Shown here one piece after another: positions 39,266 through 53,916 of a stretch of 64,000 nucleotides of DNA. The stretch is from Kondoa subrosea (taxonomy: Eukaryota). The translations under genes were made by a program, and so were the position numbers. The stretch is taken from the NCBI GenBank assembly GCA_039545335.1, contig BCIN01000003.1, forward strand, positions 1,871,941 through 1,935,940. The letters are read 5' to 3'. Within the stretch, counting starts at the first letter, position 1, and every line of letters begins with the position of its first letter. Below the pieces are notes generated by a model that did not search any database, was not told where the DNA came from, and saw only the letters and a program-made list of their open reading frames with translations.

Positions 39266-39660
39266 TCGGAAGTTCTGGCGAAATGGAATTTAGATGAAAG
39301 AGGACAAGACCAAAGGAATCTACGAGGGCAAACATGTCTCAAAGCAAGACAAAGGGAATAGAATACGTCAACTGAATGAAATAAGATCGTGCACCTGAAT
39401 TCTTGCAGGCCGAATGCATCAGTCGAGAAGCTAAAGAGAGACAACAATGGAGAGAGCGCTAATTACGAGCATTGAGAAATAGTCGCGGTGATCCACTAAA
39501 GTGGGTAGGACTGCGCGAACGATATGTGTAGTAGAATGATACAGAGTCCTCAATGTGCAGCAGCAGCAGTCTCGAGCGTGACTGAGAGACTCCGCCGTGC
39601 GCGATCAACCAAGCAACAACAAAATATTCGTTTTTCTGCAACATCGATTATACCCTCTAA

Positions 39661-42618
39661 ATGTCCGATTCAGAGCCTGATTATGATATCACTGCTGGTC
39701 TGTTGGGTGGATCTAGCAAACGGGATAAGGGCAAAGCTCGTGCACCAGTTGCAGACGAGAATGACAGTGATGAAGAAACGCTATTCATCCAAGAGAAGCT
39801 CAATAACCGCTTACTAAAGGATGGAAACGATGCATTGAAAGCATCAAGTAAAGGCAAGAAGGGAACAAGCAAGACTGGACTGACAGGCGGTGGTTCTTTT
39901 CAATCTCTTGGTCTTTCACCTGTCTTGCTTCGTTCTCTGCTTCTCAGAGGTTTCACTGTACCTACACCTATTCAAAGAGCTTCTCTACCTTCTATACTTG
40001 CCAGTCCGCCCAGAGATGTAGTCGGTATGGCTAGAACGGGTTCAGGAAAAACTTTGGCCTATATGATACCTTTGATCCAACGCTTGGGAGGAGCTCATAG
40101 TCCTACTTTTGGTTGTCGAGCACTCGTTATGGTTCCTACTCGTGAATTGGCTTTGCAAGTACTCAGAGTAGGCAAAGATCTGGCTAGAGGTGCAAGAGAA
40201 GCTGGAGTTAAAGAAGGCTTGAGATGGAGCTTGATTGTAGGAGGTGAAGGTATCGAAGAACAGTTTGACGCACTGGCGGATAATCCGGATGTGTGAGTCT
40301 TCTGTTTCGATCTAGCTTAGGCCAGTAACAGATACTGAAGATCCACAGTATCATCGCAACTCCCGGTCGTCTGCTACATCTCACTGTCGAAATGAACCTC
40401 GATTTCAGAGCTGTTCAGCTGGTCATTTTTGATGAAGCTGATCGGTAAGCCCCCAGTCTACAAATAACCGTAACTAGCTGATTCGTGCTTAGACTGTTTG
40501 AACTCGGTTTTGCTACTCAATTGCATGAAATTTTAGCCAAACTACCTCCCACACGGCAGTCTTTACTCTTCTCAGCTACTCTACCTAAAACATTAGTCGA
40601 ATTCGCTAAAGCTGGTCTACAAAACCCTAAGCTTGTTCGTCTAGATGCAGATAGCAAGATCTCTCCAGACCTACAGATGGCTTTCTTGAATGTCAAGCCA
40701 ACGGACAAAGAAGCTGCATTACTTTGTCTACTTCGAGACGTCATCCGCGTACCAACGTCAAAAGATGGCAATGGTCAGAAGCAACATACAGATCAGGATC
40801 ATCTAGCTCTCAAGCGAAAACGCATGTCTGGCAAAGGTCGCAAAGAAGGCAAAGAAACTCTGCCTTACCAGACTCTCATCTTTGCCGCAACGAAACATCA
40901 AGTCGAATTCCTTACTGTCCTATTACAAGACGCTCGCTACACTGTATCACAGATCTATGGTACTTTAGATCAAACCAATCGTGCAATGCAGTTGGCCGAT
41001 TTCAAGGAAGGGCGAACTAACATTCTATGCGTCACGGATTTGGCTGCTCGTGGTATCGATATTCCCCTCTTGGAGAATGTAGTCAACTATGATTTCCCAG
41101 TTGGCAGTCGGTCTTTCGTCCATCGAGTTGGTAGAACAGCTCGTGCAGGTCGAAAGGGTTGGGCTTACTCCATTCTTACAAATCACGAACTACCTCATCT
41201 ACTCGATCTGGAACTCTTCCTCTCCCGTCCTTTAGTTACTTCGCCTGTTACCGGTATTCCAAACTACGCATCTAATCTAGTCATCGGTACTTTCCCTCGA
41301 TTATCTCTTGATGCAGAATTAGAACACATCCAATCTGTTCTTATCGATCCTTCACCTACTCTTATAGCTTTACAAGGAACAGCACAAAGAGGTCAAAAAA
41401 TGTATGAACGTTCTTCAGCCAAAGCTTCACCTGCATCTTATCGACGAGCTAAAGAAATTGTTAAAGCTGGAAAAGGTTTAGCTGGTTCTACAGCTGAAGA
41501 GCCTTCTATTCATCCTATTTTCGAAACTTTGGCTGAAAGAGGTGATGAGAATGCTCAGAGAGCTAGTTTGTTGGCTACTTTGAATGCTTTCAAACCAAAT
41601 GAAACGGTCTTTGAAGTTGGGGCGAGAGGAAACAAGGGAAAAAATGTTGCTAGTCAAGTTATGCAATCTAGGCGGAAGTTGTTGGATGGCAAGATCGAAA
41701 TTCGGAGAGCTAAAGAAGCTGCTGAAGCTGAAGCGGAACAAGAAGAGAAAGATCTCAAGGGAGAGGAAGAGTTTGGTGGATTTGAAGATGATCGAGTAGA
41801 ATTGGTTGAAGGTCTTGAAGATGCGAGTGAAGATGAATTGGAACGCAATTTCGATATGGGTCCAAACAAGTATAAGAAAGCTCGAATGAACGGGTACAAA
41901 GATGAAAGCGTCTATCTTAATTACGCTCAAGAGGGTGCAGCGACCGAAAAGGGGTAAGTGAAAATTGACTCATGTCGAGATGTGACTTGACTGAAGTCAA
42001 ACTCACAGGTACTCCCTGGACGATGGCGCTTCTTTTGCTGCGCAAGCTGCCAAAGCTGCTTTCTCGCTCGAAGCAGCCAATGATGAGCTCAACGGTCCAG
42101 CACCTCAAAGGGCATCGCTACTTCGCTGGGATCGAAAGACGAAACGTATAGTGCAAGGAGATGGTGCCGGCGCTGACAACAAGAAGATCATTCGAACGGA
42201 AAGCGGTTCTCGATTACCTGCATCATTCAGAAGCGGCAAGTACGAGGAATGGAAAGCGAAGAAGAGGGTCATCGTGCCTCGAGTAGGCGATGCTGAACTA
42301 CCTGGTCGACAAGGTGGTTCAGGAGCAGGCGGGAAACGTTGGACGCACAAAGGTGGCCGACCTGGCGGAAAAGATGGAGGTGACGAAGAGTCTAGCAAGA
42401 AGGGCTCTGGTCCGCAGAGAGGCAAAGTACCAGGCACAAAGACCAAGATGCGGAATTCTGCTCACAAAGGTGGAAAACCTGGCGCTGCGAAAGGCGGACT
42501 TCGCAATGTTGATCAGATTGCGAAAGAAAGGAAGCTTAAGGATAATAGGAAGCGACGATCAGAGATGCCTGGGAAGAAGAAGCCGTCTAAAGGCGGTAAT
42601 AAGGGCAAGAAACGTTGA
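39661..42618 (+). CDS. DBP10: DEAD-box RNA helicase Dbp10
   Basis: [63 protein letters not shown]10 C-terminal [19 protein letters not shown]. Confidence 0.95.
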
Positions 42619-42650
42619 TTTAACATTGCAAGCGTCCAGCGCTATCGTGA

Positions 42651-44484
42651 CTAGTGTCTCTTTATCTCCGCGTTGTCCCACACCGCTGCTGCATCTTTCG
42701 CCGGCTCTACGCCGGCAGGCTGCGTCCAATGTCAGCCTTCTTTGGATGCAATAGCTCGCGAGTACTCACTGCATCAGACATTAAGTCTACATTGACTGAT
42801 CTCAGAGCATCAACAGTCCATTGCCTACACGAAAGACTTAGCCTCGACTCATCAAAGAGGTCCGCTCACTAACGGAAAGAGGCGATGCTCCTTGTAAAAT
42901 CGCTTGAAGAACGTCCGAAGATATTGAGGCAACGTATCAGCTACTATCGCATCACGAGCTCCCATCATGAGTTTGTGCTGATACGCGATGTTATGGAGCG
43001 TGACCGCGTGAGCTGCATTCGTTGATTTTGCTACCATGCGGTTGAGTGTTGCACGGGGCATGCCTTGTCCTTGTAGACATGTTGGGCATGTACAGCTAGT
43101 TGAAGTTGAGCTTATTTAAAAAGAGAGGAAAGTAAGCAGCTTACTCTGCATCGATGACGCTCCAGTCATCTGTATATTTCTTTAGTGCCAGATTCATGGG
43201 TCCATCAAAAGTCAATGCAACACCGACTGCAGTGAGTTAGCTCCGCCTTGAAGCTATACCACATACATACACCGAGCTGTCCGAGTGGGAAAGACGCAGT
43301 CTGCGTAAATGCTAGTCAGCCTTGATCAAATATTCGTCAAGAAAAGGCGACTTATCATATCAACACCCAAAGCGACGCAGACCAGCAGATCTTCCGCAAA
43401 TCCAACACCCATACAATATCGAGGCTTATTTTCGGGCAGCATTGACGTGCAAAGCGCTACAACTTTCCAAAACTGTCGGACCATGAGCCTGTTTTCGGAT
43501 CAATCGATCTAGTTTTACCTCGTCCTTTGCCTCTCCACCACTCAGACCGCCTACAGCGTACCCCGGCACATGATCTGATCGTTCCGACATAGCTATCAGA
43601 CATCGTTTCCTTAGTTCCGGATCGAGACCGCCTGTACATAGCCATATCACCATCATTCATTCTGGCAATGTGTGTCTGCTTACCTTGAATGATGGCGAAG
43701 AGGTTCTGACTCTTGTGCTTGCCTTGCTTCTCGTGATATGCGATCGCTCGATCCAACCCTGAAAAGCGGTAGATGAGCTGACAGAAAATAGGGCTGACCA
43801 GGGCTGACATCTGACAGATCTTAGCATGGCTTCTTCCATTCTCGCAGCATCAGGAGAAGTAGTTTCAATCACATCATCCAACTGCATGATAATATCGGCT
43901 AGTCTCGCAACTTCAGTCTGTGATAAATTGACACAGCAAGTACTCTACCTCCTATTGAATGCTGTATCCGCATTGACTCTTCTGGACTGAGAACGATCTC
44001 TTTCGTCGAATCAAAAGGTGATTGCATGAGTACACCTTCTTCAGTCATTTTGGAAAACTTCAACAGCGAGACGAGCTGAAAACCTCCGCTAAAAAAAAGT
44101 CAGGCGAAAGGGACAAAAAGTAAAAGAATACACATACCTGTCTGTCAACAGATTTCCGTGCCAATTCTGGAAAGCATGCGCTCCTCCGGCCGCATCAAGC
44201 ACTTCTGTAGCATGTGCGAGGTGAAAAGTACTGGAAAGGAGAAGAACCTTAGCTTCCGGACTAGAAGTACAGTACAAGGGAGAGCACTTGTTTAGGATCA
44301 ATGTAGGGCCTAATGCAGCGACCTGCTGAGGAGTCAAACCCTTGATGGACGCTTGAGTCGCAACAGGCATGAAACAGGGAGTCAATGTTGTACCATGCCC
44401 AAGAATCAATCGCGAAGCTCTAGCACGAGTAGTAGAGCACTTCGCTACCGTCTCAAAGCGAAGAACACCGGAACTTTCATTCAT
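42651..44484 (-). CDS. QTRT1: Queuine tRNA-ribosyltransferase catalytic subunit (TGT)
   Basis: [75 protein letters not shown]. Confidence 0.95.
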
Positions 44485-44869
44485 GACAAGAGGTTCGAAG
44501 AAAAGTGATTCTCGAAAATCAGGAAGAAGACTGAGAGCAATACTACAGGCACTAAGAAGCACGGCAGAGAGCACACAGAGAGAGATGGCCGTTTTACCTC
44601 TGTGAGATTTCCCTTTTGCAAAAGTTCGCGAATCTCTCTTTCAAGCGTCGACCTCCTTCAATACCCGTCTGGCTTTCGCTTTCCTTGAGCAGCATACCGC
44701 TCTTAGAGAAGTGCGAATCACCCTCAGAGGGTTTCTGACCCGAAAATCAACGCCACATTTCGCAAGTTTGGCACTCGAACTTCCGAAACGCGTGAGACAC
44801 CCACATCTCGAGGTCACTCATTAGTCAAAGTAAACAAAGGAAGGACTGTAGTATTGTGGATAGCAGAAG

Positions 44870-47800
44870 ATGGGCGACGATCCTAAGCCTACTTCAGGTT
44901 AGTCTATACCGTTTTTCGAAGCTCCTGTTGTTTTTGTTCGCTTTCGACTTCGAAACTTGCGCTCATCGATGTGCATCATCGCGTATGACCGGGGCCTCAC
45001 ATTCTATGAAGTCACACTGAGCAAGGCAGCATACTGACAGAATTGCCTTGAACAGCTTTGTCTGCAATGATCAATGGCCGCTCGACGAACGAGTTGAACC
45101 ATAGCAATGGCCAGGAAACTCTCTCTCCATTCTTTCAGCCGGCTCCTTCGATGCAACCGAGTGGCTCGCCTCGAATGGGTTACGCTGGTAACAATCCATA
45201 CGATCAGCAACAGGAAGCTATTCGTCGTAGAAACCTCACTTTGGCTAATCCTGGCTCACCCAACATGAATTCTCATGACTCTCGAGTGCTGGTACCGGAA
45301 TCCAGCAGCCCGCAAGGCCCTCAGGGCGGCTTTCTTCCTCCTGGTCAACCTTTACCTGGCAATTCATACAACCCTACTCCTCCAGTCTACTTACCACCGA
45401 AGAATCCTGTGCAATCGGCGAGCAGCTGGCAACCCCCAACTTCGAATTGGAACAACAACGCTCAAGGCTATAACAATGGAGCTTTGCAACTACCTGGTCC
45501 ACAAATGCAGCAATACCAGCAGCAGCAGCAGTTCCAACAGATGCAGCAAAATAATGGTCAGCAGAATGAGCAACCACGAAAGAGACTCATGAAGCTAGGA
45601 GAGATCGATCGTGCATCTTCATTTACTTCAGGCGGAGCTCCTTCTCCCGCTTTATCGCAAGCAAGCAATGGATCTTATTCTGCTCCTCAGTCTTCTGGAC
45701 CCACAGCTGCTGTTGGCGCTCTTGATCTCGAAAGCTCTCCCATGCCTGTGAATCGGAAGCGCAAAGCGGAAGACGAAGAACCAGCAGATTCCTCTTCTCC
45801 AGGTGAAGCACCTCGCCAGCTCAACAGACTGCAAAGAGGTCCTGGTGCGGCTGCGGAAACTCAGCAACCTTCACAATCTCCTGTTCCTCAAAATTCTAAT
45901 TTGCCTCCAATGCCCGCCCAAACTTTGGCTGCTTTCAAGGCAGCTTTCAACAACCTCACTCAGCAGCAAATTCAGAAAGGCTACGAGCTGAACAATGGTG
46001 ATATGTCTAAGACGTCGCAAACGCTGTCAGCCTGGTCAGCGCAAGCCAGACAGCAGCAACGAGATGCTGCATTCCCGCCAACCAGCCGAATGAATGCGCC
46101 ATCAATGGTCGCTAAGTCTCAAAGTCCTATGCCACAAGGAACGACTTCGTACATGGGATACCAGCAGCCACAACATCAACAGCAAGCTAGATTCGCTTCC
46201 CCTCAAGGTAGCAGTTCTCAGCAAAATTCTCCTCAACCCTATTATGGTCAGCAAGCAAGTCAAACTCGTCCTTCACCTCAGGTGCCACAGCAGATACACC
46301 GAATTTCGCAAGAACAATTTGCTGCAATGAATCCTCAACAACAAATGCAATATCGGCTGTATATTCAACAGCAGCAACAACAGCAACAACAGCAACAACA
46401 GCACCAAATGTTACAGCAGTCTTTGCAACAACAGAACTCCCAAGCGATGTGGCGCCCACCTGGGCAGCTTCAGCGTCCAATGCCACCAGGTCAAAATCCT
46501 TTGGTACAAACTCGAATGGTCCAAAACTACCCACCTACTTATCCACCTCAGCAGGCTTTTTCTCAACAACAGCAGCAGCAAGGCTATTCCCAAAATACGT
46601 ATCCACCTCAACAAAGTTTCCCTCAAGCTATGCGTCAATCAACCGGACCGAAAACAGCTAGTTCGAAACTTGTTGCGGCGCATAAGCCTGTTATGGTTAA
46701 GAAAAAGAGGAAGATGGATTCAGACGATGAGAGTGAAGATCAAGATTATGGTGGATCTAGTGATGGAGAACAATACGAGGATAAAGATAATTCAGCTAGA
46801 GAATGGGGCGCTTTGTCTTTCTTCAATACTTGCAAAGCAGAAGACCTGCCAGACTATACTGGTACGTTCTTTCGAAGTAATTGGGAGCATCTAAGTGATA
46901 TGGAATTTTCGGCTAGCTATTACTCCCGAAGCTTGTCAACTCGTTGTTTCTCTCAGACCATTTGCTTCGCCTGATGATATTCGAGCTAAGTTCAAGAAGA
47001 CCAAAGGGGTCAGTGCGAAGCTCTTTGACAACATGGTAGATGTCATCAAGGTGATTCGTTCTTTCTAAAGCGTAATGATATCGCTCAATGCATGTCCAGG
47101 CATACACTGAAGTCGACAAAGTCTTTGCAGAATGCAATCAGTATGGTCTCGAGCTGAATCGAATCATGCGCATTTGGAATTCAAAAGGTATCTCCAACTC
47201 TGCCTCCACTACCAACGGAACGAATACTCCGGATATGCTTGATGTCGATCCTGGTAATCATCTGGTCGAACTCGACGACTCAAAGATTGAAGAAGCCATT
47301 GCTACTCAAGGAGAGATGCGAGAAGCGTTCAAGGATTACATTCGCAAAGCACCTCAAGGTATTCCTGACACTGTGAAACTCAAGGGTTATCAAATGCTCG
47401 GTATCAACTGGCTGAATTTGTTGCATTCAAAAGGCTTGAGTTGTATACTGGCAGATGAGATGGGTTCGTGCTTTGCATCTGATCATCCTCCTTGGTGTGT
47501 GATCTCATATTATTCTGCAGGTCTTGGAAAGACCGTCCAAGTCATTGCTTTCCTCGCTCACCTCAAACAAACCGGATCAGCTGGTCCACATCTCATCGTC
47601 GTTCCGTCTTCTACACTCGACAATTGGTTGCGCGAATTCGATACCTTTGCTCCAGAATTGACTGTCAACAGTTATTACGGAAGTCAAGCGGAAAGAGCAG
47701 ACATGAGGCACAACTTGCGAAACGCCGAAACTCTCGATGTCGTTGTCACAACTTACAACATGGCATCGGGTCAGCCAGACGACCGAAAATTCTTGCGCAA

Positions 47801-49504
47801 GATGGAATTCAAAACTTGCACTTACGATGAGGGTCACCAGCTCAAGAACTCCGAATCAAAGAAGTACAGAGATTTGATGGAAATTCGTGTCCCTTGGCGA
47901 CTGCTGCTGACTGGAACACCACTGCAGAATAACTTGACAGAATTGATCGTAAAGTTTTTCTCTTTCACTTCTCAGATAAGTAGCCGAGACCTTTTCTCTA
48001 GTCCTTGTTGGCTTTCATCTTGCCAGACGTCTTCCGACCTGCACAAGACAGTCTCCGGGCTATCTTCAAGGTCCCGCCCGAAGCTCAAGCGAACCTTCTT
48101 TCACGCAAGCGTATCTCTTCAGCAAAAACAGTCATGACGCCTTTCGTACTCCGAAGGAAGAAGTTGCAAGTGCTCCAAGAACTTCCAAAGAAGATAGAAA
48201 CAGTCAAATATTGCGAAATGACAACAGAACAAAAGCAGCTGTATCGCGATATCTTGATGCGCTCGAAGGGCCTTTTGAGCAAGCCTACAGCTCCCACGGC
48301 TCCCGAAGTAGTGGAAGAAGAAGAAGGACGCGGACGAGCCAAGAAAGAAGCGGGTCCTAAGAAGAAGAGCATTCTCAAGGTTGCAGACAACTCGTCTAAT
48401 GTTCTAATGGATCTTCGTAAAGCTTCCAACCACCCTATGCTGTTCCGTCGCCTATACGATGACAAGACTATCCGCGCCATGTCGAAAGACTGCTTGAAAG
48501 AACTCAACTTCATGAACAAAGATCCAGAGTATATTTACGAGGATATGGGCGTTATGACGGATTATGAGTTACATCGCTTTGTTCAGCCATATAGAGTCAG
48601 TTGGCTTGTCCTGATGACAACTTTAGCTGATGTGATTTCACTAGTTCCTGCAAAAGTATTCCCTGCAAGAGGAGCAGTGGATGCACTCAGCCAAGATCAA
48701 CCTGCTAAAGGATATGTTACCAGAAATGAAAGCGAATGGCGACCGGGTTCTGCTCTTTTCACAATTTACCCAAGTGCTCGACCTACTGGAAGCTGTTTTA
48801 GCGACACTAGGCATCAGATATCTCAAGCTCACTGGCCAAACGAACGTCGGAGAACGTCAAGGCTTGGTTGATGAGTATTATGCAGATCCCGATATCACTG
48901 TCTTCCTTCTGTCTACCCGTGCCGGAGGTCTTGGTCTCAATCTTTGTGCGGCAAACACGGTCATTCTGCATGATCAGGACTTCGTAAGTGTCTTTTTGCG
49001 TTTGTTTGCATGTCTAATGCTGAAGACATATTCCAGAACCCTCACAACGATAAACAAGCAGAAGATCGAGCTTGGCGTATTGGGCAGACTAGAGACGTGC
49101 AAGTTATTCGCTTGATTGTCAGAGATACTATCGAGGTTGGCTATTTGTTTACATTGATCCTCAGCTCTTCTGACAACGGAATACAGGAGGACATCTTTGC
49201 CCTTGCGCAGACCAAGCTCACGCTCGATTCTGAAGTCTCTCGAACAGCAGATGATGTGTCAGCTTTGAACAGCACTACAAACTCTGGTACTGCGACTCCT
49301 AACAAGGGTGCCGGAATCATCGATGAAGGCTTCGAAGGCATGATTGAAAAGAAGATGAAGACAAGTTTGTTGAACAACTTACGTCTCAAGTTGGAAGGAA
49401 CTGAAGCTCGGGAATTGGCTGAGTCTCAGTCGGCAAGCGCCTCACAGCTGAACAACAGCGTTCCTAAAGTAGAAGAAGTGGCTGACATGCCCGTGGTGCA
49501 ATAG
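44870..49504 (+). CDS. FUN30: SNF2-family chromatin remodeller Fun30/SMARCAD1 (Fft-like) with Q/N/P-rich N-terminus and CUE-like segment
   Basis: [87 protein letters not shown]. Confidence 0.9.
46366..46401 (+). repeat. CAA/CAG polyglutamine tract (12 Gln) in FUN30
   Basis: caa cag cag caa caa cag caa caa cag caa caa cag. Confidence 0.9.
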
Positions 49505-49593
49505 AAGTGTGAGGTGTAGAAGGTTGTAATTGTCGGTGTCATCTTATTGGGGCTATAGAAGTCGGTAAAAGCATTTTGCATTGTCTATTCGAT

Positions 49594-52003
49594 TTAATCT
49601 ATTCTCAGCTCTGAATATATCTTGCGCAAGAAGAAATAGGCTAGAGTTCTGTCAGAGAATTCTGCAGAAAACACAGTCGCTAGAACATACTCGAGAGGAA
49701 ACCGATCGTTCCCTGTGGAAAGATATCGATCATGAGAGATGGAAGATCGCACTTCGGCGTGAGCTTACTGTTATTAGCCAATTCACACTGGCCAGCGCAA
49801 GTAGATATCCAACGTAGAGAATCCTCGAGGAGAGACCGTTTAATGATAATCGAGTTGCCCAATAACCCAAGCCGTCTGTCACGCAAATCGGAGCCGTCGT
49901 AACTTTGGCCAACAAATTGACTCACAGAGTATAAGCCAAAACGAACTGCCTGCTCCAACCTCAAACGAATACCAATGCCAATTCCAGTCTTCCGCACAAA
50001 GCTTGAAGTCTGTTGGGATTCAGTCATTCGTATGTACCTGGTCAGAGCTTGTGACTTACAGACAAGTAAGATAGTTGAGGTCGAAGTAGTCACTGCAACG
50101 ACAAGAGACGCCAATGCAATAAAGCCAGTTGCGTAATACAATTTAAAGCCGAACACGTTGTTCATTAGCGACGACAGCTCAACGAAAGCCTAACAGAGAC
50201 TATCAGCTTTAGTTGAATTTTTCAACAGTGAAATGGCCGACGGCAACAAAAGGCATGAAGCCAGCGATCAAGACAGAAGGCCAGAACTTGAGGTATATAG
50301 GATTGGAAGGTATTTGACGTGGTATTGACTGAACTGGGGTTGGTGTATTTAATGGCCTGAAAAACAACGTCAGTTCGTGCTTGTGATTTCCGATACGCCA
50401 ACCTACCCTCTCCGAATACCCATAATAGAACCAACAAAGCAGAGCGGTACAGAAATGCATAACCAGAGCAGAAACACAACAAGCATAGTTCCGAGTGGTA
50501 GTGCGCCAGATGAATGAGTCCAGATCAGTACGAAGTTGAGCATAGCGAGAAGAGCCATCAAGCATCTGTAATTTACTTTAGCTCTTAACACAAGAGGAAT
50601 ACATACCACGCACGCTGGATAAGAAACTGCAGTAGCCAGCGCGTTCTTCTTCCAATCCTGCCCTTGCATCGTAGCATATGCAATCGAGGACACATAGCCA
50701 GCTACGTATCCATAGATCATGTACAGAACAAGCATGATTGTAATCAGACTGCCTCGGGCGGAAGGCGACAAGAAACCAAAGAGCGCAAAGATGAGTGTTG
50801 AGGAATACATGGCGATCAATTGAGCTCCAGTTCCAACTGCTACTGCCAACCCCATTCGATGCTTCGTTGGCGAACGAAAGACTTCTCCGTAAAGCAAGCG
50901 CCAGCCTTGATCCTCAACTATTCCCTCATCCAGATCCATAGAATTGTAAGCTCGTAAATCCTTGTTGACGGCTCGAAGCAGGATGACAGCTACCATAGAG
51001 ACCAAGAAAAAGCAGATAGCTACAGCGTTGAAAAGACTTAGCCAATGTATTGACGGATTGATGATGCTGAATTAGTCCGTCAGTCGCATTCTCGCTCCAC
51101 GAAGAAGTAGAGTAACCTACGTCAGATACAGATCCCATCTGCTAGCCCATTTCACAGCCGAAGGTTTCCAGATCACGTCGTACGTGAATGCAAATGTATT
51201 GTCCTTGTCCTCTGACAGCCTTAGCCTTTGCTTGCTGTTGCAATCCTTTCCATCTCTATTCAGTCTACTTCCAGGTTGAACGATTACGGAGATAACTCTA
51301 GCCAATTCAGGCGTTCGTTGATGGTATTCCAATAGGATTTCGTAATGGTTCATCATTGCTAAAGTAGCGGTTTCATTTGGAGCGCTGATCTCTGGCATGT
51401 ACGCGCCTAGGAGGAATCCTGGCGCAAGGATCATGTTATCGTTTGATTGATCTTGATATATTGGCTGAGCAGCAGGCAATCCGTCAACTTGATTGCAGAT
51501 TCAGCATGAAGAAGGGTGGAGGTAGGAAAGGGCCTGCCTAGGAGATTGATATACAGCTCATCCTGTATTCTTTGGTTCACAAACTTTGCATCTTCCGCTG
51601 GTATTTTAGCAATACACAGAAGCTTGCAAGTTTCGTCGACTTGCATCGGGAAACAATCAGATCCTATCGCCTCCATTTTGAGGAAAGGATTCCTACCTTG
51701 CATTTTCACATCATAAGGCGAATTGAAGAGTCTATCGCCGGATAAGATAGAACCCAATCCTTCTGGTTGTGCTTTCGGTCCAGCAGAAGGTTGACAAAAA
51801 TGGAACTGAGGTGTGTAATAGTCATAGCTGATTAGAGACTGGATCTGATTATCTTGCGATGGAGCTGGCGTCAATGTGTTCACCAGAACAGGGACATTCT
51901 CTCCGCGTTCAAAGTCTCGAGGCGCAGAGCCAGGTAAATAGAAGCTTAAGCATTTTGGTATCGAAAGCAACGCTAGGAGTGCTGTGAAGGGTAGCTTTGG
52001 CAT
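49594..52003 (-). CDS. Transmembrane 9 superfamily protein (Emp70/Tmn-like)
   Basis: FYLPGSAP, YDYY..QFHFC, LGSILSGDRL, WASRWDLYL, IHWLSLFNA, GWRLLYGEVFR, IPRQIP, C-terminal IY...RID. Confidence 0.93.
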
Positions 52004-52111
52004 GTTGGGTATCACAGCACGTCCTCAGCAGTCCATTGTACGGAAACAACAGTCCGTAGTCGAGAGCAAACTTAAAAAGCACGGTCATGCATTAGATAGA
52101 TTACGTAATAT

Positions 52112-53760
52112 CTATTTGACTACAACTACTCTATATGTAGCTTTGCCTGATCGTAAGACAGCATATTCCCCACCTATCAGATCTTCAGCAGAAAAGGTAC
52201 GCGCTGTGTATGTTACTTTAATATGATTGACGCTGATACCGCCTGAAGAAATCAATTGCCTGGCTTGAGCTGAAAGAGATGTTAGACCGATCAATCTACA
52301 ACGCGTTCGGCTCACTAGAAGAAGAAGCCAAATTACAGCTGACCAGCAGCTTTGGCAAAGTAATGCCTTCCACTTCCGCTCGAGTCAGACTGATTAAAGT
52401 AGGTGAAGTGAATGCGGAAGTGATCTGCTCAAGGGAAAGAGGTGCTGAAGAAGGTTCGAAGAGGATCTGAGTTGCTGTCTGCGCTTTTTCAAGGCCGCTT
52501 TCTATCGGAAAGATCAGGACACAATTCATCCACATGTGGTAAGAACACACGGCCATGTAGAAGTAATGTAACTTCCTCCGCCAGTATTTTCTGCGCGCGT
52601 CTCGATTCAGGTGAGGTCTAGAATTGTGTCAGCAGGAGAAGACGGAGGCGTATGCAGTAAGCCTCACTGCATGCCCTTCCAAGACTTCTTGTATACGCTC
52701 GACAGATAAGAAGGTGAAAATCTTCAAGTAGCTTGCAACATCTGCGTCAGGTATACGAAGGAAGAACTGCATATTTAATTTAGTTTATGACAACTTTAGG
52801 TAAACTACTGTCTCACTTGATATAGATCAAAAGGACTGGTGAGATCTTCCGCTAGCCAGATCGCATTCCCTGCACTTTTGCCAAACTTCTGACCATTCGC
52901 AGTAGTCAACAATGGTAAAGTCAAACCATAAGCTTGAGGATCCGCTTCAGCGCTTTCTTCTTTGTTGATCATTTCTATTCCTGCCATGATGTTGCCAAGC
53001 TGATCAGAGCCTCCTAATTGAATACTACAGTTGTATTTCTGCCGAAGAACGTTAAAATCATAGGCTTGTAAAAGGTTATAGCTGAATTCTGTGAAGGAGA
53101 TGCCGGCAGTGGAAGACAAGCGTGATTTAACACTTCGAGAGAATTAGGTACAGCTGGATAATGATGCAGACCACACTCACCTTTCTCTAGATAACATCGT
53201 TGAGACTCTAGCTCGTTTCCCTACACCACCCAAGAACTCAAGCAAGCTCATTTGCCCAAACCATTGCAGATTGTTTGCGACTTGCAGAGACCCACTTTTA
53301 CTAGAAGTAGTCGTCTGACGAGACTTTGCGAACGCCAAACCATCATGAAAGAAGCGAGTCATTTGAGTTGTAATGGCGTCTACATTGGCTTGCAAGACTG
53401 CAGGCGGAAGAGCGTTCCTTTCCGTTGATCGGCCTGAAGGATCGCCTACAGATCCAGTTGCTCCTCCTATCTAGCTAGCCTTAAGACCCAGATCTATACT
53501 TCTCCAGTTTGGCATAAACTGACCAAAGCGATAACATTATGCCCTTCAAGCTGAAAGTGCAGAAGAGCGATCAAAGCCACAAGGTTACCGACATGTAGAG
53601 ACTTTGCAGTAGGATCCACACCGAGATAAACCGTTTGAGGTGATTCGACATGCTTTCGTAAATTTCGACTCGTTAAGGCTGCTACCAAACCACGCTCTTC
53701 CAGTCTCGCTACCACATTCCTTGAAGCAGCAGAAGTCGTTAGCTGCCTAATCCATCTCAT
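52112..53760 (-). CDS. MSY1: Mitochondrial tyrosyl-tRNA synthetase
   Basis: [15 protein letters not shown] (HIGH), [29 protein letters not shown] (KMSKS), C-terminal S4-like domain. Confidence 0.95.
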
Positions 53761-53916
53761 TCAGTACTCTTCGCTGTTCATCTCACGAACTGAAGCTACT
53801 TAAACCCGGAATTCAATGTTTTGATTGGGAAAGCATTTAGAAGCCGCTTCTGCGTCTCGGGTTGGCGCAGAAGCCTTACGCATCTCTTGTTGATGCTCCT
53901 CTTTCACTGAAGGACC

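Noticed and set aside
44788..44793. ACGCGT (MCB-like) site upstream of FUN30
   Set aside because: A single hexamer is expected by chance
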